Of a stretch of DNA of 64,000 nucleotides, positions 29,408 through 38,305 are shown in pieces. A program made the position numbers and the translations under genes. Position 1 is the stretch's first letter; every line of letters begins with the position of its first letter. The stretch is from positions 62,001 through 126,000 of the IMG/VR virus record IMGVR_UViG_3300045921_000730, one strand, 5' to 3'. The notes under the pieces were generated by a model that saw nothing but the letters and a program-made list of their open reading frames with translations, searched no databases and was not told where the DNA came from.

Positions 29408-31024
29408 TTAAAGATTTGGATTCTCCCAAACTAATTTAATTTTCCCACAGTCCCAAATTCTGAAAAAACCACTATTTGCAAGCATAGCACGTTTTGAACC
29501 GTTGTTTAGTGATGATGCGGCAATTAATTGTTTTTTTGTAATAAATCTTCTATGTTTTCGTTGTTTGCCATCAGTCCACCACACAGCTGGCGGAGTTGTA
29601 TATAATTTTTTAAACCCAATGTGATCTTTCACTAATCCCGTAAACCATCTGCGATCAACAAAAGCGACAACCTTTTCACATTGTAATTGTTTTGTAGCAT
29701 ATTTAAACATCTTTGATCCAAGCCCCGGATTATTTTGTTTATTTGTGACAAAACGTTTTAATTCTAATTCGTTGGTTCCTTCACTAGAACTTTTGCCAAA
29801 TACCATAACACCGATTAACTCTCCCGAATTGGTATATGCTCCTATTCTATAACTGCCGGGTGATCCAGCACCAAGCAAATGGTGTTTATTTAAAAAATCT
29901 TGAGCTATATTCCATTCAATTTCTTTTATGGTTACGTTTCTAGCATAAACGCCTTTTGGTGACTTATTCAAAAGATGTCTCAATGTGTCTTTGCATTGTT
30001 GTTGCATGTTAAACCACTCATCTTCAAATATTTGAATTAAACGAATCCCTTTGCTTTCACACGCTTCGGTTTTTTTCAAATGATAACGAGCATCTTTCCC
30101 TGCAGCTTCACTGTGCCAGTATAGTCCATTATATTCTATAGCCAGATTATAATCTGGCAAAAATATGTCAAGCTCTATTGGATATATCATGGTTCTATTA
30201 TTGATTGTTATATTTTCAACGCCAAGCGATTTCAAAAATTCAACGATTTGATGTTGCCCAATTGAGCTGTAATATTTAATCGGTGTTATGCCATGTTTGC
30301 GTAAATAATTTATCACTGTAGTATCCCATATGCCTAACTCTTCAGCTATAATGGGGATGGATTTTTTGTTAACTATATGTTGTGTGTGCAACCAATTTTT
30401 ATCATTTAATAATGCAAGAGATTCATTAGGAATATGTTGTTGTGACCAATATTGTTTCCCATAACGGATTTCGTTAGTAATTTTTATTTTATTTTTAACT
30501 TCGTCTGTTTGTGATGGGTGTGGGACTCCATATTTTTCTAACGATCGTTGAATTTTAAGTTGTTGAACATATGGTAGCTGCGATGGATTGGTTACGTTCT
30601 GTAACGCAAAAGATTGTTTAATTTTTTCACGACCTAAAGATGAAACCAAAAAATTTGTGTGTCCATACTTTTCGCGGTTGGTATTTTGACGTTTGATCAA
30701 AATAGCCTTTTTATCAATGCAGGATAACGTTTTTTTCGTTTTGGATTTTGTAACCTCAGATAATCTTGCACAACGATTGCTGCAAAATTTGTTGTATTGT
30801 TTCTTTGCAACATTCCAATTAGTTTGCTTGCCGCATTCACACGTTGGAATAGATTTGATGTCATTTAACACAAGCCAAATAAGATTTCTAATGTTAATAA
30901 CGTTGATCCCAAGACTTTTGTAATGTATAATACCCATATTAAAGGTTTCTTGTTCTGTTAAAGGAATACGTTTTGGCATTTTATCTTTGTATTGCAAACA
31001 TAATTTCAGTAATTTATCGTTCAT
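29408..31024 (-). CDS. Free-standing putative homing endonuclease inserted antisense between polymerase halves
   Basis: CECG..FCSNRC, KYG repeats, ELDIFLP..AIEYNGLYWH, IFEDEW, IWDCG; TATAAATA on the minus strand at 31051-31058. Confidence 0.75.
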   Translation of the reverse strand: MNDKLLKLCLQYKDKMPKRIPLTEQETFNMGIIHYKSLGINVINIRNLIWLVLNDIKSIPTCECGKQTNWNVAKKQYNKFCSNRCARLSEVTKSKTKKTLSCIDKKAILIKRQNTNREKYGHTNFLVSSLGREKIKQSFALQNVTNPSQLPYVQQLKIQRSLEKYGVPHPSQTDEVKNKIKITNEIRYGKQYWSQQHIPNESLALLNDKNWLHTQHIVNKKSIPIIAEELGIWDTTVINYLRKHGITPIKYYSSIGQHQIVEFLKSLGVENITINNRTMIYPIELDIFLPDYNLAIEYNGLYWHSEAAGKDARYHLKKTEACESKGIRLIQIFEDEWFNMQQQCKDTLRHLLNKSPKGVYARNVTIKEIEWNIAQDFLNKHHLLGAGSPGSYRIGAYTNSGELIGVMVFGKSSSEGTNELELKRFVTNKQNNPGLGSKMFKYATKQLQCEKVVAFVDRRWFTGLVKDHIGFKKLYTTPPAVWWTDGKQRKHRRFITKKQLIAASSLNNGSKRAMLANSGFFRIWDCGKIKLVWENPNL

Positions 31025-31080
31025 ATATAATTCCTTCGTGGGTGTATATATATTTATATTATAACATATGGGAGTAATAA

Positions 31081-31200
31081 ATGCAAGTTAGAGAAGGTAT
31101 AGAAATGTCTGATGAAGATGCAGCTTTATATGATAAACACAAAGCTGCAATTGAATATTATGACAGATTACAATATGTTTACAAAATTAAATTAAACTCT
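31081..31200 (+). CDS. DNA polymerase C-terminal gene, exon 1 (missing from the ORF track)
   Basis: GGAG SD; MQVREG...QYVYKIKLNS is the first half of motif B. Confidence 0.85.
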
Positions 31201-31420
31201 TGACATACAAGGAGCTCATATTAGGAATAATATGATGAAAACTGGGTGAATTCAGGAAAACCCCACGTGGGCAATCCTGAGCCAAGCACAGACTACAGTT
31301 TGTGAAGGTGCAGAGACTACTGGAGAGGTAAAGTCCTCTTAATAACCAGACATAGCGCCCAGCAACCAGACCGGTTGATGATATAGTCCGACACCACCAG
31401 CAATGGTGGATTACAGTAAG
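31201..31420 (+). ncRNA. Group I intron (220 nt, no ORF) in polymerase motif B
   Basis: 5' exon ends in U and intron ends in G; core elements GAATTCAGGAAA, GCAATCCTGAGCCAAG, GCAGAGACT, GATATAGTCC; splicing restores KLNS|LYG in frame. Confidence 0.92.
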
Positions 31421-32485
31421 TTGTATGGTGCATTAACAAACCTCTATTTTCGTTTTTATGATTTACGAATGGGTGAGTCCACTACGGGCACGGGACGAAT
31501 GATTCTGCGGCACCAATGTCGTAAAGTAAGCGAAATACTTGATGGAAAATATGAAGTAGATTTTCCGCTGTACGAAAGCGTAAAAGAAACAGTTGAATCG
31601 GGCGTCGAACAAAAATATGCTCTTGAAGGCGAACTGTTCAAAGAACAATTTATGTCTGAAAGTGTGATATATGGCGATACCGACAGCACATACTTTAAAA
31701 CGCACGCAAAAAACAAAGAAGAAGCTGTAACAATTGCTGATAGTGTTGCCGAAAAAGTAAATTCTTCTTATAAAGAATTTATGCAAAAAACATTCCTGTG
31801 TAATTCCGGCTTTGATGACATCATTAAGTGTGGTCGCGAAATTGTAAGCGATCGAGGTATATTTGTTGATAAGAAACGCTATATCCTTCACATCGTTGAT
31901 AAAGAAGGAAAAGCAACTGACAGTATGAAGGTAATGGGTCTTGACACAAAGAAAACAACACTTCCAAAAGAAGTGACAGAAAAATTAAATAATTTTATAG
32001 AACTATACTTGAAAGGCATGTCTTGGGATGAAATTGCTGATAAAATTGTTGCTTACAAAGATGAACTAAGGAATACAAACGATCTTATGATTATTGGTTT
32101 ACCAAAAGGTGTTCAAAAAGTAGAAGAATATACATCCGACTTTCAAAATTACGGAGACAAAGCAAGATTACCAGGACACGTTGCAGCTGCTATTCATTAT
32201 AATCAATGTCTTAAAGCGTTTAACGATAAAGAAAGCGTGCCAATTATTTCTGGAATGAAAATTAAAGTTTTTTATTTAACAAAATCATATGGTAAATTTA
32301 AGAGTATTGCATTACCAACCGATATTGAAGTAATACCTGATTGGTTTACTAAAAATTTTACAGTTGATATTGAAGCTCACATAGAACGATTAGTTGATAA
32401 TCCTCTACAAAATATCTTGAAAGCAATTGGTAAAAAAACACCAACCAGACATGATATATTTGTTGATTCGGCATTTGAATTCTAA
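31421..32485 (+). CDS. DNA polymerase C-terminal gene, exon 2
   Basis: LYG, YGDTDS (motif C), KKRY, KVMGLD. Confidence 0.92.
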   Translation: MYGALTNLYFRFYDLRMGESTTGTGRMILRHQCRKVSEILDGKYEVDFPLYESVKETVESGVEQKYALEGELFKEQFMSESVIYGDTDSTYFKTHAKNKEEAVTIADSVAEKVNSSYKEFMQKTFLCNSGFDDIIKCGREIVSDRGIFVDKKRYILHIVDKEGKATDSMKVMGLDTKKTTLPKEVTEKLNNFIELYLKGMSWDEIADKIVAYKDELRNTNDLMIIGLPKGVQKVEEYTSDFQNYGDKARLPGHVAAAIHYNQCLKAFNDKESVPIISGMKIKVFYLTKSYGKFKSIALPTDIEVIPDWFTKNFTVDIEAHIERLVDNPLQNILKAIGKKTPTRHDIFVDSAFEF

Positions 32486-32486
32486 C

Positions 32487-33305
32487 ATGAAAAAGATTTT
32501 ATTTGTATTAACACTCACACTTTCCTTAAATGTATTTGCTCAACCAAAAAGTGTGCATGTTGTTGATCTTGATAATAACCATGTCGTTTACTCTGTAAAC
32601 AATGAACAAATTGTACCAATTGCGTCAATTACTAAATTAATGACAGCGCTTATTGTTGTTGAAGAAAACTTACCCCTCGATGAAGTAATAGAAATTACAA
32701 ATGATGATGTAATTGGTACTTATTTAAAAAATAAGCCTACATATTCACGTATGAATGTTGGTATGAAATTTACTCGCGAAGAATTATTACAACTTGCGCT
32801 TGTAAGTTCTCAAAATCGCGCTGCATACGCTCTTGCACGGACGTCGTTTGGTGAAGTTCCTTATTTTGTTGATAAAATGAATGAAAAAGCAAGACAATTA
32901 AACATGGAAAACACTTTCTTCGTGGAACCTACGGGTCTTAACCAGAAAAACGTTTCTACAGCAAAAGATTTAGTAATTCTATTGAGCTACATCAAAGAAA
33001 AATATCCAATAATTGGTGAAATTAGTGTTAAACCTTCGCTTCATTTTATGAACACGGAGTTTAATACAACAAATCGTTTTGTACATTCTGATAAATGGAA
33101 TGTTACCCTACAAAAAACCGGATTTATTAATCAAGCCGGCAAATGTGTTGCAATGTTGGCCAACATTGCAAACAAACAAATAGCTATAATTATTCTTGGT
33201 GCTACAAATAGTTCTGAACGCTTTACTATCGCCAATAATATTAAACACTATATTGAAATCGGACGTTTTCCTCAGTTTAAAAAACCTAAACGTCACAGAA
33301 GTTGA
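32487..33305 (+). CDS. Peptidase S11 D-Ala-D-Ala carboxy/endopeptidase (PBP7-like)
   Basis: Signal peptide; SITK, SQN, KTG motifs. Confidence 0.9.
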   Translation: MKKILFVLTLTLSLNVFAQPKSVHVVDLDNNHVVYSVNNEQIVPIASITKLMTALIVVEENLPLDEVIEITNDDVIGTYLKNKPTYSRMNVGMKFTREELLQLALVSSQNRAAYALARTSFGEVPYFVDKMNEKARQLNMENTFFVEPTGLNQKNVSTAKDLVILLSYIKEKYPIIGEISVKPSLHFMNTEFNTTNRFVHSDKWNVTLQKTGFINQAGKCVAMLANIANKQIAIIILGATNSSERFTIANNIKHYIEIGRFPQFKKPKRHRS

Positions 33306-33356
33306 TTTATTTCCACGATTTGTAATATAATACATCTATATCTTTTGGAGAAAAAT

Positions 33357-34064
33357 ATGAATATTGACCCTTTAGTTATTGCATATATCAAAAACGCAAT
33401 TAATACAGCAAAGCTCGTTGGAATAGAAAATTTAATTGTCGAAAATAAAAAAGTAAGAGGTTCAAACGAACAGCGAACAGCTATTCTTTTACAAGAAAAT
33501 AATGTTCCTGACTTGCCATTCAAATCAATCGGCTTATCACGCATTGATTTTTTTCTCTCGCGGTTAGAACTTGTACAACCCCTCAAAGACTTTGAAGCAA
33601 CCTTTACGCTTTCTGATGATAAAGAGTTTGTTAGATCGGTTGATATGAAAGCGAAAGGCGTGAGTGTATCTTATCGCTGTGCTAACCCATCAACTATTCA
33701 GGCACCAAAAGTCTTTAAAGACAATATTAAATACAAGCTCGACATGACCCCGGAAGCTCTCTTATTAATTAGTAAAGGAGTTGGTGCTATGGGAGGTGCT
33801 GAAGATATTATTTTAAAGACAAACAAAAATAAAATTGAAGTTGTTATTGAAGATATAACAAAGGATAGCTTGACATTTGATTTAGATACCAGACCCGAAA
33901 TTATTGATGGCGATTCGTTAGAAGAATTTACTTACAAATTTCCAATCAAAATGATTCTTCCGTTATTTAGACAAAATTCTGGCGGTCAATTTTATATTAC
34001 CACAAAAGGAATTTTAAAAATTAATGTCAACGGATTAGATTTTTATATTCCGAGGAAGGACTAA
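33357..34064 (+). CDS. Probable sliding clamp (gp45-like)
   Basis: Size, YRCANPS motif and replication-cluster position. Confidence 0.6.
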   Translation: MNIDPLVIAYIKNAINTAKLVGIENLIVENKKVRGSNEQRTAILLQENNVPDLPFKSIGLSRIDFFLSRLELVQPLKDFEATFTLSDDKEFVRSVDMKAKGVSVSYRCANPSTIQAPKVFKDNIKYKLDMTPEALLLISKGVGAMGGAEDIILKTNKNKIEVVIEDITKDSLTFDLDTRPEIIDGDSLEEFTYKFPIKMILPLFRQNSGGQFYITTKGILKINVNGLDFYIPRKD

Positions 34065-34067
34065 TTT

Positions 34068-34490
34068 ATGTTTAACAAAATAAAAAATTTCATTACGGGT
34101 GAAACAAGACGACAGCGCCAAAAATTATTCGAAGAAATGCAGGATTCTATTTCACAATTGAAGGAACGTAATCAACAATTAATTGATCAAAATAAAGAGC
34201 TAACAAATTTTAACGAAACAATCGGCGAACAATTAAAAAATATTCAACAACAACTTAATAAGCGCGAAGAAAAATATAATGGCGCTGATCCATACATTGA
34301 AATCATAAGCGATGGTTTTGATCCTGAAAAAGGAATTAAAATAAATTTAGATTGGAATTCTGCCTTCATTGAACATGCAAAAGAACACGGTCTTCAAGGA
34401 ACAACAGATTATGAAATCGTAAGAAAATATCTTGCACATATGTATCTTAGTATGATTGAACAGATGGGCGATGGCGAAACATTATCATGA
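34068..34490 (+). CDS. Hypothetical protein
   Basis: Coiled coil plus LDWN..FI motif. Confidence 0.65.
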   Translation: MFNKIKNFITGETRRQRQKLFEEMQDSISQLKERNQQLIDQNKELTNFNETIGEQLKNIQQQLNKREEKYNGADPYIEIISDGFDPEKGIKINLDWNSAFIEHAKEHGLQGTTDYEIVRKYLAHMYLSMIEQMGDGETLS

Positions 34491-35392
34491 AATATTTAAT
34501 TCTTGACATCAGTAATCTTTTGTATAGAACTTTCTTTGCTCACACGACCGAAGACGATATTACTATTACTGGACTAGCAACACATTCAGCATTAGTAACC
34601 ATTAACAAATATTTTAAACAACATAAACCCGACAAAATCGTAATGTGTTTTGATAGAAGTTCGTGGAGAAAAGTTTATACAAGTTCTGATCTTTGTGTTT
34701 CAAAGAAACCTTACAAAGGAAACCGAAGACAAAAGATGTCTCCATCTCAACAAATGAAATATCAAAAATTCATTGATCATTTAAACGAATTTGAAAACTT
34801 AATTATTAAACACTCAACAATTATTACACTTGCAAAAGACTATCTCGAAGCTGATGATTTAATTGCTGGATTTATTCAAGCACATCCAAACGATGAAATT
34901 GTTCTTATTAGTTCCGATACAGATTTCGTGCAATTACTAAAATATAAAAATGTAAAAATTATTTCACCGAAAGATGATAAAGAACATAATTTGGAAGAAT
35001 ACAACAACGATCCAGATTTCTATTTGTTTTGTAAATGTATGAGAGGCGATCCAACGGATAATATCCAGTCTGCCTATCCGAGAGTTTCATCCAAACGCTT
35101 AAAAAAAGCATACGAAGACCCCTTTGAACGCGTTAAACTAATGAAAGAAATATGGTCAGATCACGAAAAAAGGGAGTTTGTTGTTGAAAAAATCTTTGAA
35201 GAAAATCAACTGTTGATTGATCTCGAAAAACAACCAGAAGAAATACGAAAACTAATCGATAAAACAATTGAAGAAGAAACCTCCAAAACAAAAAAATATT
35301 CACATTTTCATTTTATGAAATTTCTTGGAAAATATGAATTAGATGCGATTGCAAAAAACGTTGATCAATATATCAAACTATTAAGTCGGTGA
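34487..35392 (+). CDS. T4-type RNase H / 5'-3' exonuclease
   Basis: LILD, FD, YKGNR, EADD, SSDTDF, GDPTDNI. Confidence 0.9.
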   Translation: MKYLILDISNLLYRTFFAHTTEDDITITGLATHSALVTINKYFKQHKPDKIVMCFDRSSWRKVYTSSDLCVSKKPYKGNRRQKMSPSQQMKYQKFIDHLNEFENLIIKHSTIITLAKDYLEADDLIAGFIQAHPNDEIVLISSDTDFVQLLKYKNVKIISPKDDKEHNLEEYNNDPDFYLFCKCMRGDPTDNIQSAYPRVSSKRLKKAYEDPFERVKLMKEIWSDHEKREFVVEKIFEENQLLIDLEKQPEEIRKLIDKTIEEETSKTKKYSHFHFMKFLGKYELDAIAKNVDQYIKLLSR

Positions 35393-35463
35393 ACTACTGC
35401 AAAACTGAAGATTTCCTTGATGCACCCGAATCCCGCTTGTTCTTTAGACAAGTAGTAGTTCAG
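35389..35463. mobile_element. Back-to-back right-end remnants, each supplying the TGA of a convergent gene
   Basis: GTGAACTAC (minus-strand right end) holds the RNase H stop; GTAGTTCAG (plus-strand right end) holds the stop of ORF 35460-35915. Confidence 0.7.
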
Positions 35464-35915
35464 CGTGGTGGTTTTACATTATTTTCATATAAATCTTGAT
35501 CGGTACTACGGCTGTTACGATGTTGTTGATCATGTGAAGAAGTATCTGAATTAACCATTTTATTTTTCATATATGAATTCCAACCAGCGCCCCCCAACAA
35601 ATATGCAAGATATGCAGCAAAAATATCAAAAGACAAATGATTATCTTCTTTGTTTGCTAAAAATACAACCAACCATGTGGCAACAATAAGTCCAATTAAA
35701 TAACCAAGTTTGTATGGAGAGGTTCTGTTATTATAAGAATCAGTAATTAAATGTTCCCAGCGAACGGGACTATCAGGATTTTGATGGGCTTTTGCAAACA
35801 AGAACACAAAAAACATTAATACACCAATAACAATCCACGTTGCTGTTGAGAATGGAATAGATTTAAAAATACCAATAATTGTATCAGCCACCAAAACAAT
35901 AAAATCTAAAACCAT
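35460..35915 (-). CDS. Multi-pass membrane protein (possible holin)
   Basis: 3-4 hydrophobic segments and a hydrophilic C-tail. Confidence 0.55.
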   Translation of the reverse strand: MVLDFIVLVADTIIGIFKSIPFSTATWIVIGVLMFFVFLFAKAHQNPDSPVRWEHLITDSYNNRTSPYKLGYLIGLIVATWLVVFLANKEDNHLSFDIFAAYLAYLLGGAGWNSYMKNKMVNSDTSSHDQQHRNSRSTDQDLYENNVKPPR

Positions 35916-35951
35916 ATTATTTTCCTTAGTATTATTCGTTATTTATTAGAT

Positions 35952-35959
35952 TATAAATA
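35952..35959 (+). promoter_or_regulatory. T4-type late promoter
   Basis: TATAAATA 20 bp upstream of the PAAR gene. Confidence 0.6.
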
Positions 35960-35979
35960 AAAAATAAGGAGATAATAAC

Positions 35980-37044
35980 ATGCCAGGATCTTTACGTACA
36001 ACAGACAAAATTAGTTGTGGTGATGTTACAGGGAAAGGAAGTAACAATGTTTATATTAACAACCGTTCTTCTTTTCGTGCTTTCCGTGATTTGACAGCAG
36101 GTCATTGTTTTACACCAACAAGAATAACTTCAGGATCGCCAAACGTATTTGTGAACAATTCACAAATGGCAAGAATAGGTGATTCCATATTTACACACTG
36201 CTGTGGTTCTACCTGCCATTCTGGTGTTGCATCCACGGGTTCTAATGATGTGTTTGCTAATGAGCCGGGCTCTCCGCCTTCTGGAAGGCCTCCGGCAAGA
36301 GAAGTTATTTTACAGCAAATTGATAACTTTAAACAACCAACCGCATCAAGAACCGTTGCAGCAGACACATTTGTAGATGATGATGAAGCACCTGATATAG
36401 GTCCATCAGATCCAAGGTATGTTGCTTATAAGTCTGTCGTTGATCGTGAAATAAATGTTGAACGAACACAAGAAATAACAAACACAGTTGTATATCCTCC
36501 ATCGATACCAAATCAAACAGTTTTTGCCGATTGTTCAGACATCATAGAAAGAGAAGGAACTTTTCCGTTGTCGTTTCCATTATCACCAAATTATACGCTC
36601 GGAAATCTATTAAATTGTCGTGTTAGTAAATATCCACTACGTCCGAACGCTGGTCTTACAGAAAAACAAATCGTTTGTAACTTACGAGCGGTATGTTTAA
36701 ATATTCTGGAACCGCTTTTGCAAGAATATGATACCAATATGGTAATTAATTCCGGCTTTAGAATAGGAACCGGCACATCTCAACACTTAAAAGGACAGGC
36801 CGTTGATATTGCTTTCCCATCAATTGAAACCAACGCCGACAAAATGTTTGAGAGAGCTACAGAAATTACATCAAAGATTGCTTATGATCAGTTTATATAC
36901 GAGCTTGGTATTACCACATTTTGGATTCATTTATCATTTAACCAAAGTCAGTCGACGATTCTTCCAGCAAATAAAGTTCTTACAAAGCCTCGACTTCCAG
37001 TAAACGACCGCCAATATTTAAAAGGGATTGTTTACGTTAAATAA
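35980..37044 (+). CDS. PAAR-like spike-tip domain fused to an M15 Zn peptidase
   Basis: N-terminal GSNNVYIN/GSPNVFVN..MARIGD..HCC..H..GSNDVFAN; C-terminal SGFR, SQHLKGQAVD, WIHLS. Confidence 0.8.
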   Translation: MPGSLRTTDKISCGDVTGKGSNNVYINNRSSFRAFRDLTAGHCFTPTRITSGSPNVFVNNSQMARIGDSIFTHCCGSTCHSGVASTGSNDVFANEPGSPPSGRPPAREVILQQIDNFKQPTASRTVAADTFVDDDEAPDIGPSDPRYVAYKSVVDREINVERTQEITNTVVYPPSIPNQTVFADCSDIIEREGTFPLSFPLSPNYTLGNLLNCRVSKYPLRPNAGLTEKQIVCNLRAVCLNILEPLLQEYDTNMVINSGFRIGTGTSQHLKGQAVDIAFPSIETNADKMFERATEITSKIAYDQFIYELGITTFWIHLSFNQSQSTILPANKVLTKPRLPVNDRQYLKGIVYVK

Positions 37045-37128
37045 CCCTTTTAAAAGGTATCTCCATAATTTTTCATAGTAAATACTTGGACTTCTCAATA
37101 AACCTATTGAAAACAAGGAGTATTTAAA

Positions 37129-37518
37129 ATGTCTGAACAATTTGCTTATAATTTTCAAAAATCACCACAATTCCCAAGCATTGAATGGATTGATCTACGA
37201 GGCGACGGTGTTTTGCACGAATGTGCGATTCTTAAACAAGATGCTGTCGGAAATAAATTATTTTTTCAAGTAAACCATCTCGATAAGATTGATAAGGAAC
37301 GTCTTGGAGGCATTCTTGCTGACCGAAACGCTCGTTCTCTTGAGCTTTGGGATTTAATGAGCCAAAAAACACTTGGCAATGGAATGAACGCATTAGCATA
37401 TTTCCATCAATATGTTAAGATTCTTGCTCCAAACGGAAAAATTATTGATCCTAAGTCTGGTTTAATGGGTGCACCTATTACTGGTTCAATAAAGGCTACA
37501 GCAGCACCAACCGAATAA
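37129..37518 (+). CDS. Hypothetical protein
   Basis: 129-aa ORF, AGGAG SD. Confidence 0.7.
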   Translation: MSEQFAYNFQKSPQFPSIEWIDLRGDGVLHECAILKQDAVGNKLFFQVNHLDKIDKERLGGILADRNARSLELWDLMSQKTLGNGMNALAYFHQYVKILAPNGKIIDPKSGLMGAPITGSIKATAAPTE

Positions 37519-37527
37519 TATCGTTAT

Positions 37528-37757
37528 ATAATCAATTCAAGAAAACCTGATGTTCTTTAGACGTCAGGATGAATTGAATTGATTTTTGAAATAGACATGG
37601 ATAGAGATTTAAATGCTGCCATTAACATTCTGAAAGAAGGTATCAACCTTTTCAATACCGTAGGAACTACGGAAATTAACGCCTGTGGAGATATGAGTTC
37701 TGAAGTAAGGAACTCAGCCCAGGAAGCTAGTTGTTCTTTAGACAACTAGCAGTTCAC
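37528..37757 (+). mobile_element. Internally deleted family-1 TnpB element (left end, omegaRNA region, right end)
   Basis: Left-end hairpin shared with 11297; 37597-37757 matches 845-1005; the right-end TCA is the stop of ORF 37754-38284. Confidence 0.9.
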
Positions 37758-38284
37758 TTTTCCACATATCCCAGTTGTAAGAGTTGAGTCCACAAAAATT
37801 GTGGACTCACATTTTTTTCCGGTAAGTTATATACTCTTGCAACAAACTCAGAACATATTTCTGTTCCAACATTAAACTTAGGCAACTTAATTCTAAAAGC
37901 GTTCCAAAATAAATCAACCAAACCAACATATATTGCTTCACACAACCCATATTTTACTTTACCGACTCTTTCGAGAGCAATGTCCTCAACGTTAGACCAC
38001 TTTGTTGGAGCTTTTATAATTGAAAATTTTTTATTCTCATAATATGACAAATTAAGTATTCTTCGTTTTGAGCCTTTTTGTGCTTCAACCAACAACCATC
38101 GTACATCTTTATTTTTAGTTTTATGACAAAAACAAATAAAAACGTGCGAAAATTGTGAACGAGTTACTAACATTATAATTGCAGAAATGATTGACTTTCG
38201 TGAACCGTGAACAAAAACAATATCGCCATCACAAACGATATCTCTCAATTCTTCATACGAATATTCTTTAGTTGGTCTCAACAT
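37754..38284 (-). CDS. Permuted papain-like (YiiX/YaeF, NlpC/P60-related) amidase
   Basis: GDIVF, FSHV (His), Y, ICSEFVA (Cys). Confidence 0.8.
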   Translation of the reverse strand: MLRPTKEYSYEELRDIVCDGDIVFVHGSRKSIISAIIMLVTRSQFSHVFICFCHKTKNKDVRWLLVEAQKGSKRRILNLSYYENKKFSIIKAPTKWSNVEDIALERVGKVKYGLCEAIYVGLVDLFWNAFRIKLPKFNVGTEICSEFVARVYNLPEKNVSPQFLWTQLLQLGYVEK

Positions 38285-38305
38285 AATTAATACACCTTTA
38301 AAAGT

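Noticed and set aside
31403-31420. ATG start for the polymerase C-terminal ORF
   Set aside because: Lies inside the group I intron; the frame is supplied by exon 31081-31200
37557-37745. ORF MSKEQLASW (also 562-993)
   Set aside because: Antisense shadow of the tnpB 3' end
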